Source: the human T2T-CHM13v2.0 reference genome, Homo sapiens
Strand: one strand, 5' to 3'
NCBI RefSeq assembly: GCF_009914755.1
Contig: NC_060942.1
DNA length: 64,000 nucleotides
This document shows, in pieces, positions 60,591 through 64,000 of the stretch (its first letter is position 1; every line of letters begins with the position of its first letter). The notes beneath the pieces are model-generated. The model ran no database searches. It worked only from the letters and a program-made list of their open reading frames with translations, and was not told where the DNA came from. Position numbers and translations under genes: made by a program.

Positions 60591-62854
60591 TGGTAACTAA
60601 CTCCTCAAGTATTGAATTCCAAAAGCTCATTTGCTATTTAGGTTTTTAGAAGTTGGATGTATTGTCACTCTCTGAAACAATGTTACCACATCCCCTCAAT
60701 CCATAAAGTAGCCTAAATGGTATAATTTTGCTCTATTGCATCTAAAAACTATATTATCAGGAGCCAAAGTGTTTATGTCATTGTCTTTAAGAGAGAATTC
60801 ATTCTCTTGAGAAGGGAGAGTGGTGAAACTGGAACTGTTCTATGGCCACAGACCTCACATGCTTGTCTCAGCCACCTGACCAGATCTCTAAACCATCCCT
60901 CCCCATCCCCAGGAGACTGGTTTACCACTATATGAAGGAAGAAGCTACATGACTTTGCCCCTTCCCATACTGTCAGCCATTCCTACTGAAGACCACTCTT
61001 CACGATTCTCATCTCATCACTGGACTAATCCCTACACTAGTGCACCATGTCCAGATCAAGTTTAAGCACGTCCCTGCCTTTTTAAACTGTAGGAAGCACG
61101 CCTTTCAGGTGGGTTAGTCAGACCTACCTACAATAAACTTCCAACTTAATTAAGGGGCCTACATTGGAACATCAAGGCATGATCCCAAGTTACTTGTTCT
61201 TTATAAGTCAAAAGCTAGAACAACTGGCCCTCTAGGGTGGTTTCTAAATGGAATAAATTTATTTTTGATCCTTGGATAGGGTATCTGGATTTGGGTAGAT
61301 TGTGTTCTCTGCACAGGGTGCAGTTAAGAGTTACCATTCTGGTGGCTCTCAGGTACAGTAATTAGATGAACATTGGCTTTTCCTTAAATGCCCTCTGGAA
61401 TATCAAAACTTTATAGATATATATTTTTAAATGTATGCATTCATTTTAACAGTTCATTGCCCAAAGTCATTGGAACCTGTTTTTTCTAGTCATGTGAACG
61501 ATTTAAAAATTTGATAAATTTGTATGTATGTATATATTTGTTTCACATTTCTTTTACTACATATAGTATTTTCTTAAGAAATTTGACTATCAAAAATATT
61601 TTTTTATTGTATAACAGACACTCTTCTTACAGAAGGGACAGGTAGAAAGACTGAAAAGCTTATGAGGATAGTGCATTTTCTGCCTTAATAGGAGACATCT
61701 TTTGGCTTTATGTTCTCAACACTATATTTTTCTCCTCTTCCTCAAAAAAAAAAAAAAAACAGAAATAGGCAAATGATACTTCTTTGCCTTAATTGTTCTA
61801 TTGTTGATTTATTTATAGGAAGTAAAATGAATTCATAAACCAAAGTGCAACATGGTGATTTAAGTGAGGACTTTGTCATAAATTCTCATTTCTTTGTGTT
61901 TTAGGGGTATGTTCGAAAGTTTGTTTTGTAACTGATTTTATATCTCTTGCATAATCAGAATTCTGTAACTGAAATAAATAGACATTAGAATAAAAGGGCT
62001 TTTCCATGCTTCTGCTAAAGCACCTCCTGGATGCATGCCAGCAATGAATGGGCCTCACAAATACAGCTGTTTTCTCACTCTTCTGTTGATCAACATAATT
62101 CAATTCTATAAATGTTTATGTAGGGAGGCCCTACTATGCACAACTCATGCTGCAAGATGCTCAATAAATAATTGTAAAATAGCAAATAACCGCAATGCAA
62201 TAGCATAACCTAACATGCTACACAGCATACATGACAATAAGTTCAAAGAGTGGAAAATGGAAACTACTGAGCTTTTCAGCTGACCACAATCAAATCAGAA
62301 CACATCAAAACAGCTGGTGTTCTGTGACTCAGAATCAATCAACCAGTTTTGCATCACCTCATACTTCTTTATTTCTCTTTACAGTTTCACAGAAGAGATT
62401 TAAACCAGCATGTGTCCTTCCCATTTGGTTAAATTTCTGCTTTGAGTTGCTTTGCTTTCACATTCTAATACCAACGAATGAAAATCACTGTAATATAAAA
62501 GAAAAAAAATAAAGGCTAACATTAAAATGATTTTTAAAATGATGCCGCTACATTTGTGTAAAATAAACCATATGCTCAAATAAAATGCCCTAGAAGAAAA
62601 GTGATATTTTAAAGTAGTGTTATGAAATGAAGATAGTTCTGCATCAGCTGTATTTATGTAATTCACAAATATATCAATGTATATTATAATTTTCTAAGTA
62701 TATAATTAATATTTTAATTACACAAATTATGATATTTGTATAATCTTGGAAATTTGTATAGTCTTAAGAAAATCAATAGTAGATTAGTCAATGAATGCTA
62801 AATATTATTATGTGTTTTGGTTCCTGACACCAGCTCTTCTCTTTGTTCTGATAG

Positions 62855-63260
62855 GTACTTACTACACCATTCTTTGGCGAAGGCTATTCAGCAGTGGTGA
62901 CCTCTTCCAATCCAACACTCTACAGATTATTATCTCTGGACTCCCAGCTGACACCCTGCCGGAGGCAAGAGCTACTAAGCCAACTGGAACTGTGCCTTTT
63001 CTCTTGTCAAGGTTTTTTTCTTACACAGGAAAAAGAAAGAAAAAAAAAAGATGAAGTTGGGCAAAGTGGAGTTCTGCCATTTTCTGCAGCTAATAGCTCT
63101 TTTCCTGTGTTTTTCTGGGATGAGTCAAGCAGAACTCTCAAGGTCCAGATCAAAGCCCTATTTCCAATCAGGGAGGTCCCGGACCAAGCGCAGCTGGGTG
63201 TGGAATCAGTTCTTTGTGCTGGAGGAATACATGGGTTCAGACCCCCTCTATGTAGGAAAG
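62855..63260 (+). other. CDH7: CDH7 exon 2 (196 nt 5'UTR + 210 nt CDS)
   Basis: Pyrimidine tract and acceptor ctcttctctttgttctgatAG|gtactt at 62854/62855; donor at 63260/63261. Confidence 0.85.
63051..63260 (+). CDS. CDH7: Cadherin-7 (type II classical cadherin), first coding exon portion, 70 codons; CDS continues beyond the window
   Basis: Translation [47 protein letters not shown]|[23 protein letters not shown] shows a hydrophobic signal peptide, furin site RTKR, and the type II cadherin EC1 start with Trp2/Trp4 (SWVWNQF). It ends at a phase-0 donor AAG|GTAGGG (63260/63261). Sequence recognised as CDH7. Confidence 0.96.
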
Positions 63261-63800
63261 GTAGGGTATTGTGACCTTTCAAAGTTGTAAATGATTATTG
63301 TCCATGTCTATGGTTTGATGAAAAACTGCTATATATATATAAAATTTATTTTTTGCTATGGGGATGGTAAACACAAGACATCATTTCTATGAAAGAGTTT
63401 ATGAAGGTTTTTGGCGATAGCCACTGCGAAGTTGCAATCAAGGTATAATATTCATTACAGTGAAACTGTATATTAGGGAATGATGCTTCATTCCTAGAAA
63501 CAGATGAGGATTCTACAGAGGCCTAGTTTACTCTGGTTGTAACACATTGATAAACTGTCGTTACCAAAGTGGAACAAGACTATTCATAAAAAATGAAGAG
63601 TAGTGGGTTCTTACAGCCAGTTGGTTTCAGTTGCTGCTTTTGGGGTATTATTAAAATGATGTCCAGACTAACATTAATACTTAGGTGTCCTTCCCTGATA
63701 CTTGCAGTGGAAAAACTGCAAAATGAAACTATTGACCCTAATGTTTCTAAATTATGAACAATTTAAACCCACTTTTCTTAGCAGTCTTGTTTTGATAGGG

Positions 63801-63802
<2 letters not shown>

Positions 63803-63840
<38 letters not shown>
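63803..63840. repeat. (GT)19 microsatellite in intron 2
   Basis: Directly visible. Confidence 0.98.
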
Positions 63841-63842
<2 letters not shown>

Positions 63843-64000
63843 GGTTGCTTTAAACATTTTCCTTTGGATTAAAAATGATCATGGACAGAAGTCAGTTAGA
63901 AATGATATTAGACAAGTGATGGGCAGTTCATGGTGCATTTATTGGGTGACCAAGTGTTAGCTGGATGGACATTTTGTTTTTCACAGTTTCTTCTGTCTTA

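Overview
This is AT-rich primate genomic DNA, almost certainly human given a near-consensus AluYa5-like element. It holds about 50 kb of repeat-dense upstream sequence and then the 5' end of cadherin-7 (CDH7) on the + strand. The gene portion comprises a CpG-island promoter (~50.7-51.8 kb), a non-coding first exon ending at a CAG|GTGAGT donor (51358), an 11.5-kb intron 1, and exon 2 (62855-63260). Exon 2 encodes the signal peptide, a short prodomain, the furin site and the start of EC1. Upstream are L1s of several ages, about 12 Alus (some nested), ERV1/MaLR LTRs, L2/MIR and hAT relics, and many microsatellites. There is no CRISPR array or other prokaryote-type system. The most notable observation is an upstream ATG in exon 1 that splices in phase into a stop-free frame overlapping the CDH7 start. 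An A10 run just before the main ATG decides whether this frame overlaps, fuses with, or stops at the main start. Also notable are an L1 lacking ORF2 that is still flanked by a candidate TSD, and several fold-back inverted duplications. Repeat subfamily names are from recognition by eye and need RepeatMasker/Dfam confirmation.
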